A stretch of DNA of 64,000 nt from a virus. Position numbers and translations under genes: made by a program. This document shows, piece by piece, positions 41,560 through 51,373 of the stretch. Location: IMG/VR virus record IMGVR_UViG_3300030110_003594, positions 32,001 to 96,000 of that record; one strand, 5' to 3'. How positions within the stretch are numbered: the first letter of the stretch is position 1; every line of letters starts with the position of its first letter. Under the pieces are notes generated by a model, which ran no database searches, was not told the DNA's origin, and was given only the letters and a program-made list of their open reading frames with translations.

Positions 41560-43647
41560 TTATGTTTCAGGCGTACAATCAACAGTTAATTTTGTACACA
41601 CAACTTTTGTTTCTTCAGGTGTAAGTGTAATATCTATCCTTTGTTGATCACAACCGCCTGTTGTTGTGAAACAATGACATACATCTATAGAGTGTTTTGT
41701 ATTAGTACTAGCAAAATACTCTGTATGAAGATAAAAACCATCTTTATCTGTCATTCCCACTTCTCTGTTATCTATATAAATTGGGTAACATTCAATAGGG
41801 TTACCCTGATCATCTTTAACATATATACTTATACATTCAGCATCATTAATACATTCTTCATCTCCTGGATTCCAAAAGGCTTCTAAGTTTGTTACAAAAT
41901 CATCTTTTTCAAAACCTGAAACTGGTTGATCAACATTATATCCCCAATTATATTGATCAAGTTTACCCTTATTTGCAGTTACATAAGGATTAGTACCAGA
42001 CGTTACTGCTGTTAAAGTACTTACACCATTTGATGGTGCAGATGTTAATAAACCTGAACCAACAGGATTATCTCCTGATGTTATTGCTCCAATTACATGT
42101 AATGGAAATGCTTTATGAGCATCTTGTACAGTTTTTGGATATGCTGGATATATAAAATAATTAGCTTTATAATCTGATCCTTGAGCTAAAAATTTATTAT
42201 GTTCAATTACAAACTTATCATAATCAGCATTCCAACATGGTGTAGTTGCTAATGTTGTTCCATCTGATCCACCACTAGCATGTATCCATGTAGGTGTAGT
42301 ACTATTTTGATCTACATGATATGGTTGTGGGTATGGTTGTGGAGATGTAGCTTCATCAGCAAATATAACAACTAAAAGTTCTTTACTTTGATTTATAGGA
42401 GGAGGACCTTGACTTTTTACCGGTAGACCTGAAGGAGTTACTTCACTACCACTATAAGTTGCAGTAGTAACACCGTTTCCATTATCATACCATTCTATAT
42501 CTAAAGTATTAATCATATAATCTAAAACCCCCCAATACTTCCATGATGATTTTGATGATGGTGGTTGAGCTGAATCAACAGCTCCTCCTGTACCACTTGA
42601 CCAACTTGGATTTTGAGGTCCTATAACTCCTGGTGTTCCTAATCCGTCTGAATAAGCTCCACCACAGAATCCAGCATTATTAAATGCTCCTGTATAAGGC
42701 ATTATAGCCCAATCTAACCATCTTTCTCCATATATTGAAGTATGATATACTCTACCATTAAATGCTCCTATAGCTCTTAAACCATTTAACCATTGTTCAA
42801 CTATAATATGTGTATCTTTAACTTCTGCTACACCTAATGATGTTACATCATAAAAGAAATACATATCTGGATCTTGTCTTCTTCCCTCTCCACAAAATGT
42901 ACAATCTAAACTTATATTATATTTACACCATTCTACTTTTTCTCCAAAATTTGTTAAATTACGTGTAGAACCATCTACAAAAGAATTTGGATTCCATGCT
43001 CCAATAGTTGTAGTTTTTACTTGATATAATTCTGATCCATCTCCATTTTTATCTATAATTATAGTTAATACTTCATCTTCATCAGCACCATTTTTAGGAT
43101 CTGCAGCATTAGTATTTCCATAAGTTGTTATTTTAAAACTATCACCAGGTACTGCAGCAGGAACTTCACCATAACCTACAGTAAGAAATGTAGTAGTTTG
43201 ATTAGCTGATATTGTACCATCATATTTTGCTAACATATAGATCTTAGTTTTTTCACGTACTAAATATGAATCTGCGTCAATAACAGCATCACTAAATTTT
43301 ATAATTTGAGTTTTAGTTGTAGTAATTACTGTAGAACTAAGAGGTGTACAAGGTCTGCATACTTTTCTAACCCAATCAGGAATAGTAGCATTTTCAAATA
43401 ACCACTTATAACTTTCATATCCTGTATCTGTATGATCTGTGTATCCTTTGTCTAGGTATACTGGTAATTTTTTATCATCCCAGTCACAAAGTTCTTTTTT
43501 AGAAGTTATCTTTTCTAATTTATCTAATGAACAACACGGAGACAAGCCATATCTTTCTGATCTCATGTTTCTAAATCTTAGATCAGCAAATTCTTGTTCT
43601 GTCTGTATTTGTTTCTCTATTTCCTCATTTGTCTTTTTGCAACTCAT
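41560..43647 (-). CDS. Structural/tail-associated protein with a degenerate VWA-like domain
   Basis: MYFFYDVTS...LLVVIFADE pattern, similar to the corresponding segment of 37899-41471. Cys-rich termini. Confidence 0.45.
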   Translation of the reverse strand: MSCKKTNEEIEKQIQTEQEFADLRFRNMRSERYGLSPCCSLDKLEKITSKKELCDWDDKKLPVYLDKGYTDHTDTGYESYKWLFENATIPDWVRKVCRPCTPLSSTVITTTKTQIIKFSDAVIDADSYLVREKTKIYMLAKYDGTISANQTTTFLTVGYGEVPAAVPGDSFKITTYGNTNAADPKNGADEDEVLTIIIDKNGDGSELYQVKTTTIGAWNPNSFVDGSTRNLTNFGEKVEWCKYNISLDCTFCGEGRRQDPDMYFFYDVTSLGVAEVKDTHIIVEQWLNGLRAIGAFNGRVYHTSIYGERWLDWAIMPYTGAFNNAGFCGGAYSDGLGTPGVIGPQNPSWSSGTGGAVDSAQPPSSKSSWKYWGVLDYMINTLDIEWYDNGNGVTTATYSGSEVTPSGLPVKSQGPPPINQSKELLVVIFADEATSPQPYPQPYHVDQNSTTPTWIHASGGSDGTTLATTPCWNADYDKFVIEHNKFLAQGSDYKANYFIYPAYPKTVQDAHKAFPLHVIGAITSGDNPVGSGLLTSAPSNGVSTLTAVTSGTNPYVTANKGKLDQYNWGYNVDQPVSGFEKDDFVTNLEAFWNPGDEECINDAECISIYVKDDQGNPIECYPIYIDNREVGMTDKDGFYLHTEYFASTNTKHSIDVCHCFTTTGGCDQQRIDITLTPEETKVVCTKLTVDCTPET

Positions 43648-43664
43648 ATTCTTTTATTTAAATA

Positions 43665-44243
43665 TTAGCAACACACTGAACATGTAATCTTTTTCAGTTT
43701 TGCTTTTGCAAAATTATAAAGCTCCATTCCTTCATTAGGACTTTGACAATATTCAACCTTTGCTTTTGCAGCATCAATTAATGTTCTTATATATTTCATT
43801 TCTCCCATTAAATCTTTAAATGTTGATGAAGGTTCACATGGAGTTACATCCAACTCACATAACTTTTTATAATATGTTGTAAGTATTTCTGTAGTTCTTA
43901 AATGATTATATTCTACATAAACTTTATCATTTGGAGAAAGACTGTATTTAATTATATAAATACCATCATTTATAGATTTTCTTGAAGTAGAACAACTTGT
44001 TGATTGTAATCCTAATGCACACGCATTTAGATTTAATCTACCAAAGCCATCCCAATCTCCTGATGCATCTTTTACAATTGTTGTTTCAATTATTTTTGGT
44101 GCAGTGTAACCTGGTGCCGTTATTGATATTTCAGGACAACTTACTCCTAATTTGGAGTCATATGAACTTGTATCAACAATAGGTAGTATTTCACAATTTG
44201 CACTATCTGGAATGTCTAGACTTAAAATATGTTTAACTGCCAT
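43665..44243 (-). CDS. Conserved structural protein (possible tail hub component)
   Basis: Intact 192-aa ORF. Function inferred from synteny only. Confidence 0.4.
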   Translation of the reverse strand: MAVKHILSLDIPDSANCEILPIVDTSSYDSKLGVSCPEISITAPGYTAPKIIETTIVKDASGDWDGFGRLNLNACALGLQSTSCSTSRKSINDGIYIIKYSLSPNDKVYVEYNHLRTTEILTTYYKKLCELDVTPCEPSSTFKDLMGEMKYIRTLIDAAKAKVEYCQSPNEGMELYNFAKAKLKKITCSVCC

Positions 44244-44272
44244 AAAAAAATTATTTAGAAAAGTATACTCTT

Positions 44273-44290
44273 TACACTATAATATACAAA
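44273..44290 (-). promoter_or_regulatory. Putative late promoter motif TTTGTATATTATAGTGTA
   Basis: Identical to 41507-41524. Lies just downstream of a terminator, so it would restart transcription. Confidence 0.6.
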
Positions 44291-44311
44291 ATATTCTAGA
44301 TTAAATGAAAT

Positions 44312-44341
44312 AAAAAGGGAGCAGATTTTTCTGCCCCCTTT
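44312..44341 (-). terminator. Rho-independent terminator
   Basis: GGGGGCAGA-AAAA-UCUGCUCCC followed by UUUUU on the minus strand, after 44370-45785. Confidence 0.75.
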
Positions 44342-44369
44342 CTAATCTATGTATATAGAGTGTTAACTA

Positions 44370-45785
44370 TTAGTAGTCACCACCTTTGTCAACTAGATCT
44401 GCAACAGTTGCAACAACACCTGAGCCATCAAGTTTCATAATTCCAGCATCAATTGCAATTGCTAACCAATCTGCATCTAATGATGTAGTTGCAGCAGAAG
44501 CACCTGTACATTTAACATATACTTTGTAGTGATATTGATCATTATCAAATACTCCAGAAGGATTGTTAAATCTAGGAACATTGTGTAACAAGTGATAAAC
44601 TCTAAAGTGACCATTACAAGAAGCTCCTGTAGCATCTCTACCTAAGTCACCAATAATTCCACTCATTCCTTCTTGCTCTCTGAATCTACTAGAGTCTCTG
44701 TTTCCTTGATTATAAGGAGATTGTCTGTAATTTTCAGTTTTAAGAATGTCATTAATTCCTGTGTCAGAAGAAGTTCTTCTTTGTTTAAACGCAGTACTTT
44801 CAGTTCCTGTTACATAACCTAAACAAGCAACACATGGTTGACCAACTTCATCTTGTAAATCAGCAGTTGATTTAAGTCCTCCCATTAAATAAAAATCTCT
44901 TGTATCAAATGAACAAGAAGAGAACTGAGTTTGTAATTCACAACTTGTGTTAAGTGTGATTCTTACTTTATACTCATTAGCAGCAACCCATTCTCCTGTA
45001 GCAGATGCAGCAGCTTGATCAGCTGTAACACCTTTTGCACCTCCTTCATAGATTTTTTCTATTTTTGCTTGAGAAGCAGCACCAAATACTGTTGGAGCAC
45101 CTACAGTATTTACTAATAATGTAGCAGTACCTAATTTACTCATAATAGGATCATTATTAAAATGATCTACAAAGTTCATAGCAACAATAGATGGAGCAAT
45201 ACCAGAGTGAGTTGAATCTTGTGTTACACAACACATGTCAACATTTTCTTGTCCAGCAGCTACTCTTGCAGCCCATGCTAAAGCAGGATTTGCTGCAGCA
45301 TCTCCAGAACCTGGCATTGGTAATGAACCAGATAAAGATTGATAAGCATTGTGATTTAATAATCTTAATGCAGCAGTACCTTTAACGTCTACTCTTAAAA
45401 TAGGATCTGTTCCACATGGGAAACAAGACATATATTGAGCAGTAGGTTTAATAAGTACATCAAAAACTTGAGCAGTTTCATCTACACAATCAGTGATCCA
45501 CATATTTGAGATATACTTTTTAAGGATCATTTTTGATTTAGTTGTTTCCTTGTAACCTCCATGTCCTGGATTGTTACCTATTGTATCATTCGCATGGAAT
45601 GATGCTTGTGTTAAATAGAAGCCACCCGCTTGTCCAGCAACTGCTACAGCATTCATTACTTTGTAACCTGAATCTACAAGTGCAAAATGTCCTGAAGTTG
45701 TTAATGAGGCTGAAGTGTCTCCAATTGTTTGGTTATGCGTTTGACACCAAAAGGCTTTGTCAAAAGCATGATTAAAATAAGCCAT
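44370..45785 (-). CDS. Putative auxiliary capsid protein (crAss gene-73-like)
   Basis: Third gene after MCP, followed by a terminator. C-terminal YHLLHNVPRFNNPSGVFDNDQY. Confidence 0.55.
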   Translation of the reverse strand: MAYFNHAFDKAFWCQTHNQTIGDTSASLTTSGHFALVDSGYKVMNAVAVAGQAGGFYLTQASFHANDTIGNNPGHGGYKETTKSKMILKKYISNMWITDCVDETAQVFDVLIKPTAQYMSCFPCGTDPILRVDVKGTAALRLLNHNAYQSLSGSLPMPGSGDAAANPALAWAARVAAGQENVDMCCVTQDSTHSGIAPSIVAMNFVDHFNNDPIMSKLGTATLLVNTVGAPTVFGAASQAKIEKIYEGGAKGVTADQAAASATGEWVAANEYKVRITLNTSCELQTQFSSCSFDTRDFYLMGGLKSTADLQDEVGQPCVACLGYVTGTESTAFKQRRTSSDTGINDILKTENYRQSPYNQGNRDSSRFREQEGMSGIIGDLGRDATGASCNGHFRVYHLLHNVPRFNNPSGVFDNDQYHYKVYVKCTGASAATTSLDADWLAIAIDAGIMKLDGSGVVATVADLVDKGGDY

Positions 45786-45883
45786 AATTTCTAATTTTTG
45801 TGTTGAGCTTTACCTCAACTGGTTAATATTGATATTTATATACACTAATAATATACTACTTTTTCTTTATTTAAACTAATATA

Positions 45884-46630
45884 TTAATTATTTTTTTCTG
45901 CTGATCCTGATCCTCTAATATACTGATTTGCATCATTTATATCCCCTGCAATGATAGAACATGCTTCATCAATTAATAGTTCAACTATATCATCTTTGAA
46001 TTCACATATAACATCTGCAGGTGATTGAACCAGTGTATAAGGATCTGTACAGCCTTCTATTTCTATTTCTCTAGGTCTTCTATAATAAGTAAATACAGGA
46101 TTAATTATATTAAAATCTCTCTGATATATCCTTATATTATTATCTTGTAAAGTACAATAAGTTTCCCCCCATTCAAAATCTGGTCTTTTAAGAGGATCTC
46201 TCATTATTAGATCTACATTAGCAACCTCAGATAAATAGACTGTCATAGACCTTCCTCTTGTTACTGGTCCACCTGCTATTCCATCATCAGCAGGTACAGC
46301 AGGACAGCATTCTGTCACTGCTTCTGCAGATACTCTTTTATATTCAAGATAGTCTTCAGGAAAATTAGTTGACTCAATAAAAGTATCTCCTTGAGTAGTT
46401 ATAAGTCCTAAATTTATTAATAAAGGTTGGAGATCATCTATACGTCTCTTAGACATCTCATCCCCTTCTTTATACATATTGTTTCCATGTAATTGTCTTC
46501 TACACCACTCAATTTGAGCTTTATTAAAAGATTCAACAATTTGCCAGCATTCTATATTATCATAATCATTACTAGCTAATTTATTTAACCTTTGTCTAAA
46601 CTTTATTTGTAGTGTAGTATTATTAATCAT
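45884..46630 (-). CDS. Ring/neck protein (crAss gene-74-like)
   Basis: LNKLASNDYDN...FNKAQIEW...RRIDDLQPLL...YYRRP...CEF motif set. Start placed at ATG 46630, which avoids overlap with the upstream gene. Confidence 0.6.
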   Translation of the reverse strand: MINNTTLQIKFRQRLNKLASNDYDNIECWQIVESFNKAQIEWCRRQLHGNNMYKEGDEMSKRRIDDLQPLLINLGLITTQGDTFIESTNFPEDYLEYKRVSAEAVTECCPAVPADDGIAGGPVTRGRSMTVYLSEVANVDLIMRDPLKRPDFEWGETYCTLQDNNIRIYQRDFNIINPVFTYYRRPREIEIEGCTDPYTLVQSPADVICEFKDDIVELLIDEACSIIAGDINDANQYIRGSGSAEKNN

Positions 46631-46632
46631 AA

Positions 46633-47715
46633 TTACATATTCCAATAATATTCAACTTGACTTAAAAGACCCATTAAATGTTCTTCATTTAAAGGATTTT
46701 TTAGCCACTCTAAACATTGTTCTGATGTTTTACCCATTCTAACAGATCCAAAGTATATAAAGCCATCTGCTTTATTTGTTATTAAACTATAACCACTTGC
46801 ATCTTTTAAAACAGCTTTTAATTTTAAATCTTCCATACTAAGTCTAGAAGCATCTAAAAAAGCTTGTGCTGATCTTCTTTGATTTCTATCGTGTCCTTCA
46901 CCATGTATAAAAGAATCCATAGCTTCATAAATAATATCATTAGCTGTTGATTTATTATATTGTGTACTATTTGCATCACAAACTTTAGCTACATAGAATA
47001 ATTTAGTATTCTCTGAATCATACATAGATGTTAATGAAGCAAGAGCTCTATTTCTTAATTTAGATAATTCTGTTCTTGTACTTACAGTATCTTCTAGTTT
47101 ATCTAAATAAAATTTACAGCCGTTTTTACCTTTTGCTTCTCTTAAATTTTTTGCTACAAGTGAAAAACCACCTGCTTCAATTGCATATATTTTAATTAAA
47201 TCATACGGATCTGCTGCTGGATCTAAATATATTGGATCATTACCTACCCTTAATTTAATTTTACTCCAGAATTCATGATTATCATGTCTAAGTAATTTTA
47301 CTTTATTCCAAAATTCTGGATCTTCTGGATCAATTATATTTGCTGCTAAATCTCTTTCAAGAACTGCTACAGCTTTTCTTATTTCTTTTATTTTTGCTAT
47401 TCTCTTTTCAGAAGATAACTTTTTTATTTCAGGTGCAAATTCATTCAATCCTGTTACATATCTTTTAATTCCGTTTATTTCTAAACAAGATAATTCTTCT
47501 TCATGCATTACACCTTCAAATAGTGACATACCATAATTTTCTAGACCCATATTTTCCATATCTCCATCAAAGTATGTACGTATTGCAATAGATTGATCTT
47601 TACCTTCTTGGTATTTTTCAATCATTGTTAATTCTTTAATTGCAGTATCTGTATACGTTGGTGCAACAGATTCAGCAACTACTTCTTCTACTGTTTCTTT
47701 TTTCTTTTTTGCCAT
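46633..47715 (-). CDS. Conserved protein immediately downstream of MCP (crAss gene-75-like)
   Basis: Synteny. Motifs RYVTGL, EFWSKI, LDPxxDPYDLI, C-terminal EWLKNPLN. Confidence 0.6.
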   Translation of the reverse strand: MAKKKKETVEEVVAESVAPTYTDTAIKELTMIEKYQEGKDQSIAIRTYFDGDMENMGLENYGMSLFEGVMHEEELSCLEINGIKRYVTGLNEFAPEIKKLSSEKRIAKIKEIRKAVAVLERDLAANIIDPEDPEFWNKVKLLRHDNHEFWSKIKLRVGNDPIYLDPAADPYDLIKIYAIEAGGFSLVAKNLREAKGKNGCKFYLDKLEDTVSTRTELSKLRNRALASLTSMYDSENTKLFYVAKVCDANSTQYNKSTANDIIYEAMDSFIHGEGHDRNQRRSAQAFLDASRLSMEDLKLKAVLKDASGYSLITNKADGFIYFGSVRMGKTSEQCLEWLKNPLNEEHLMGLLSQVEYYWNM

Positions 47716-47752
47716 TTTTAGTTTGGTTTTTATTGGTTTTTAAAATGTTTTA

Positions 47753-47791
47753 ATGATATAAGAGGGAGGAATGACCCTCCCTCTCTATCAT
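47753..47791 (-). terminator. Strong hairpin after MCP (attenuator or mRNA-stabilising stem)
   Basis: AGAGGGAGG/CCTCCCTCT perfect 9-bp stem extended by ATGATA/TATCAT. Only a weak U-tail. Confidence 0.55.
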
Positions 47792-47799
47792 ATTAAGTA

Positions 47800-49434
47800 T
47801 TAGAATGATCCTCCTGTTACAGGATTCTTCATTACAATCTTCAATACCTTAGTTGGATCTTTCACCCAAATAGAAGGCATTGTTTGAGTCATCATCACTC
47901 GGTATCCATTAAAGTTACCAGATGAAGCAAACCCTTGAGTTCTTCCCATATAGTCCATAGTACCATTTTGGTAGAACCATTTTAATTGATTATCCCAAGA
48001 TAATTTCAATAAGTGAATATTGTCATTACCTGACTCAGTGATGTCAAAGATAATAAAGCTATAAGAGCTTAATGGTCTTCCATCAATAAGTGGATTTTCA
48101 ATATCATTAGTATGTAAATTGTCAAATGCAGGATTTAATACAAATCTTACGTTTGCCAAGAATGGAATTACATAAGAAGTGAATGCATATCCAAATCCTA
48201 AGTCCATACCTGATCCAGATACAATTCCGTTTGAATCAGCATTGATTACGTAGTTAGTACCTAATCCAGCTGCTTCTGCTGCAATTGCGTCATTAACAAG
48301 TTTCATACCACCAATACCAGTCTGTACAATTAATGTACGTTGTGGATCTGGTCCTTCTAATTCAACTTTACCTTGGTAGAAGTTGTAAAGCTCAGTTTTA
48401 AACATATCTAAGCTGAAAGAAGACTTATTATAGATTCTCTTGTAAGAGTTATCTAATTGCTTCCAAAGACCAACTGACATTCTGATGTCATCCGGCCCAT
48501 CTTGTTTAACTCTACCACCGTGACCCCACATTAAGTAAGTCTCAATGTCACTTGCAATTTTATTCAAGTGAGCAGCTTCTAAGTTAGTTAAGAAAGTTCT
48601 TGATAAGCTTCCATTATCAAATGCTCTACGTACGTAGTCAGCACCCATAATTTCAACCATACTTTCTAATGAAGAAACTGAAGGATCAACGTCTTGGTCA
48701 AATGTTCTCCAAATCTCTGTTACAGGAATAGAACCATCAGCATTCATTCCTCCTTTAAGCATTAAGTCTGCTCTTGAAGAAATAGAATAATGAACGTGTG
48801 CTTCTGCTCCTCCTACAAAGTTGTAGAATTCACGGAAACCTGTTCCTGTTGTTAGATCTGAGAATCTTTCACCATACTCACCACGTGCAGAACCTTTTCT
48901 AAAGAATTTAGTTCCTGATGCTAAGTACTTGTCTGCTAGACCTGCTGTATTATTACTGTTTACAAGTTGTACAGTATAAACAAATCCGTCACCTGATGGT
49001 AAAATATCATCAGCAGTAACGTAAAGTTCTTTACCATTGTACTTGTCATAAGTAATAATGTCACCATGTCCAAATGCTCTCTTACTTAAGAGAATTTTGA
49101 ATGTTTGTCCATCCACACCTCTTGATGTTCCTGAAGCGTCAGTAACGCCATCAATTTTACCAAGTGAATATGGAAGGTCTTGTGCAACGGGAGTTTGCCA
49201 TTTATACTCACCACGTGCGTTGTCCACCATAATTGTATTGTTACCACCAAATGAAGCTAATTGATACAAAGGCATTTCTACCTTTTGTGTCATAGCCCAC
49301 AAGTCAACTGGACCCATATCCATAGGTTCAGCAGAACCCAATAATTGAGTTAAGTGGTAAGAATCAACGTGAGAACTAGCTTTGTAGTTTGTATCTCTAA
49401 GGAAAATCCCATTATTTAATACTGGAGTTGCCAT
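47800..49434 (-). CDS. Major capsid protein
   Basis: 544 aa, downstream of portal and scaffold. Motifs GEYKWQ, GLWKQL, VQTGIGG and FVLNPAFD resemble crAss-like MCP. Codon usage looks like that of a highly expressed gene. Confidence 0.85.
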   Translation of the reverse strand: MATPVLNNGIFLRDTNYKASSHVDSYHLTQLLGSAEPMDMGPVDLWAMTQKVEMPLYQLASFGGNNTIMVDNARGEYKWQTPVAQDLPYSLGKIDGVTDASGTSRGVDGQTFKILLSKRAFGHGDIITYDKYNGKELYVTADDILPSGDGFVYTVQLVNSNNTAGLADKYLASGTKFFRKGSARGEYGERFSDLTTGTGFREFYNFVGGAEAHVHYSISSRADLMLKGGMNADGSIPVTEIWRTFDQDVDPSVSSLESMVEIMGADYVRRAFDNGSLSRTFLTNLEAAHLNKIASDIETYLMWGHGGRVKQDGPDDIRMSVGLWKQLDNSYKRIYNKSSFSLDMFKTELYNFYQGKVELEGPDPQRTLIVQTGIGGMKLVNDAIAAEAAGLGTNYVINADSNGIVSGSGMDLGFGYAFTSYVIPFLANVRFVLNPAFDNLHTNDIENPLIDGRPLSSYSFIIFDITESGNDNIHLLKLSWDNQLKWFYQNGTMDYMGRTQGFASSGNFNGYRVMMTQTMPSIWVKDPTKVLKIVMKNPVTGGSF

Positions 49435-49439
49435 AATTG

Positions 49440-49487
49440 ATTGTTTTTAAAAATTAATAATTATTGTTATTGTTGTTGTTGTTTTCT
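49440..49487. repeat. Leader direct repeat, copy 1 (MCP 5' leader)
   Basis: ATTGTTTTTAAAAATTAATAATTATTGTTATTGTTGTTGTTGTTTTCT, similar to 49910-49950. Confidence 0.65.
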
Positions 49488-49497
49488 TTTATTTTTC

Positions 49498-49902
49498 TTA
49501 TTCAGCTGTACCTAAGAAATATCCCACTCTAATCTGTAGCATATCTTGTGCAGTACCTGCTCCACCTGGATCTGATACAGCGTGTGATACGTGTAATCCT
49601 ATATCAGCAGCAGATGTAGTTTTAGCACCTCCAACAGGTGCAGCACCCATGTTTGTTACTACAGCTTCATCTGTAAGATCAGCCTTAGCTATTGTACCTG
49701 TTAGATCTACACCTCCTCCAGTAACTTTAAGTACTAAAGCACCACTAGAAGTAACAGCTTGTTGACAGTAAATACTTACCTCGTTAACTATTGCATTATC
49801 TGGCAGTTTTGTTGTATTTGCCAAAGTTTGTGCACCAGTTCCTGAAAAATCAGCAAACTTAGCAGTTGCACCTGCATAGTATTTTTTCAAATTTAGTCCC
49901 AT
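49498..49902 (-). CDS. Small beta-rich protein between scaffold and MCP, candidate capsid decoration protein
   Basis: 134 aa, Ala/Gly/Thr-rich, and shares the MCP leader sequence. Confidence 0.45.
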   Translation of the reverse strand: MGLNLKKYYAGATAKFADFSGTGAQTLANTTKLPDNAIVNEVSIYCQQAVTSSGALVLKVTGGGVDLTGTIAKADLTDEAVVTNMGAAPVGGAKTTSAADIGLHVSHAVSDPGGAGTAQDMLQIRVGYFLGTAE

Positions 49903-49909
49903 GATTCAA

Positions 49910-49950
49910 ATTGTTTTAATGATTAATAATAATTGTTATTGTTGTTTTCT
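49910..49950. repeat. Leader direct repeat, copy 2
   Basis: ATTGTTTTAATGATTAATAATAATTGTTATTGTTGTTTTCT, similar to 49440-49487. Confidence 0.65.
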
Positions 49951-49952
49951 AT

Positions 49953-51251
49953 TTATATTCTTTTAAAAATGTTTTTATTTCCTCTTGCAATTTTTCTTTT
50001 AGGTCTTTCAGCTGGAGCTTCTTCAACTGGTGCTGCAGAAGATCTATTGCTTTGTGCAGTCTTTAATTTTCTAACAGTTTGCTCAACAGCTGTGTTTGCT
50101 CCTTTTTTCATTATTTGTGCTTTATATCCATTTGGATCTGCAAGCAACCATAATGCTTCTGTTACTAAGTTATAGTTTGGTTCAACAAACTGATATTTTT
50201 CTAACAGATGACCTAATAGGTTTGTATTCTGTCCATTAATTGATGGATAAGCTGGATTAACTAATCCGTTATAAAGAAGTGATTGTACTTTTTTATCTAC
50301 TTTCATATCACCTACTTTACCATCTTTTAATGTATTATATACATTTTGCATATAGTTTTGTGATGCTTGTTCTTGTTGCTTTCTTTTCATATCTTGTTCT
50401 TGCAACTTTCTTGCAACAACTTTTTCTTGCATCTTATCTAATTTTGGTTTAAACTTGTTTGCTTGAGTTTCAAGCTTTCCAAGATCTTTCCAAACTTCTA
50501 TTTCTTCAGAGATTTCTTCTTGAGTTCCATATCCTGTAGCTCCTAAATATTCTCTAATTATATGTTCCTGATCTTTTTCATTTTTAACATCTAAATCTCT
50601 AGTTTCTTCAACTACAGATAATGCTTTAAATATTCCTTTTAGATCAGTTCCTCCATCTGCAACATATCTTGCTGCAATCTGAAGTTCTTGTGGTAAACTT
50701 TCAAAGAACTGTTTTGGAGTTTCTCTCCTTACTGAATTTGCTTTTTCATCTAAATTAGCCTGAATAAGTTCTTGCCAATCTTTTGCACTATACTCCTCTA
50801 AATCTTTTCCATCATCAAAAGCTAATATTTTTTCCTCATCTATGAGTTTTCTAAAAACATCAGAAACTCCTGTTATAGCTTTTCTTCCTCTTTTTTTAGT
50901 TTCTGTTTTTTCTTCTTCATTTTCTTCAACTTCATTATCTCCTAGGATTTCATTAAGTTGTTCTTCAGAAACTTTAGTTTCAGTATCTTTTGCTTTTACT
51001 TCTTCTTCTTTTTTAGCAGTTTCAGCAACAGTTGGTTCAACTTCTTCAGTTTTTTCTTCAACTTTCTCTTCTGCTGGTTTATCAATAAAAGACATATCAA
51101 TATCTTTTTTTCTACTAAATACATTTGGTTTTTTTGATTCATCTTCTGGTAACGTAATTGAATCTGCTCCAGGAGCACCGTTAAAGATTTCATCAAGGTT
51201 AACCTCTACCTTTTCTACTTTAGTTTCAATTGTTTTTGATTCTTCTGACAT
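49953..51251 (-). CDS. Putative scaffolding protein (crAss gene-77-like)
   Basis: Acidic disordered N-terminus and coiled coil, located between portal and MCP. Confidence 0.65.
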   Translation of the reverse strand: MSEESKTIETKVEKVEVNLDEIFNGAPGADSITLPEDESKKPNVFSRKKDIDMSFIDKPAEEKVEEKTEEVEPTVAETAKKEEEVKAKDTETKVSEEQLNEILGDNEVEENEEEKTETKKRGRKAITGVSDVFRKLIDEEKILAFDDGKDLEEYSAKDWQELIQANLDEKANSVRRETPKQFFESLPQELQIAARYVADGGTDLKGIFKALSVVEETRDLDVKNEKDQEHIIREYLGATGYGTQEEISEEIEVWKDLGKLETQANKFKPKLDKMQEKVVARKLQEQDMKRKQQEQASQNYMQNVYNTLKDGKVGDMKVDKKVQSLLYNGLVNPAYPSINGQNTNLLGHLLEKYQFVEPNYNLVTEALWLLADPNGYKAQIMKKGANTAVEQTVRKLKTAQSNRSSAAPVEEAPAERPKRKIARGNKNIFKRI

Positions 51252-51373
51252 AATATTTTTGGTTTTATTGGTTTTAATATTTGTTGTTTACATATACAAT
51301 ATAATAAAGTTTTTTTTAATAAACCTTAGAAATTTTATATAATATTAAGTTTTTTGGTAGTATATAGCTATCC

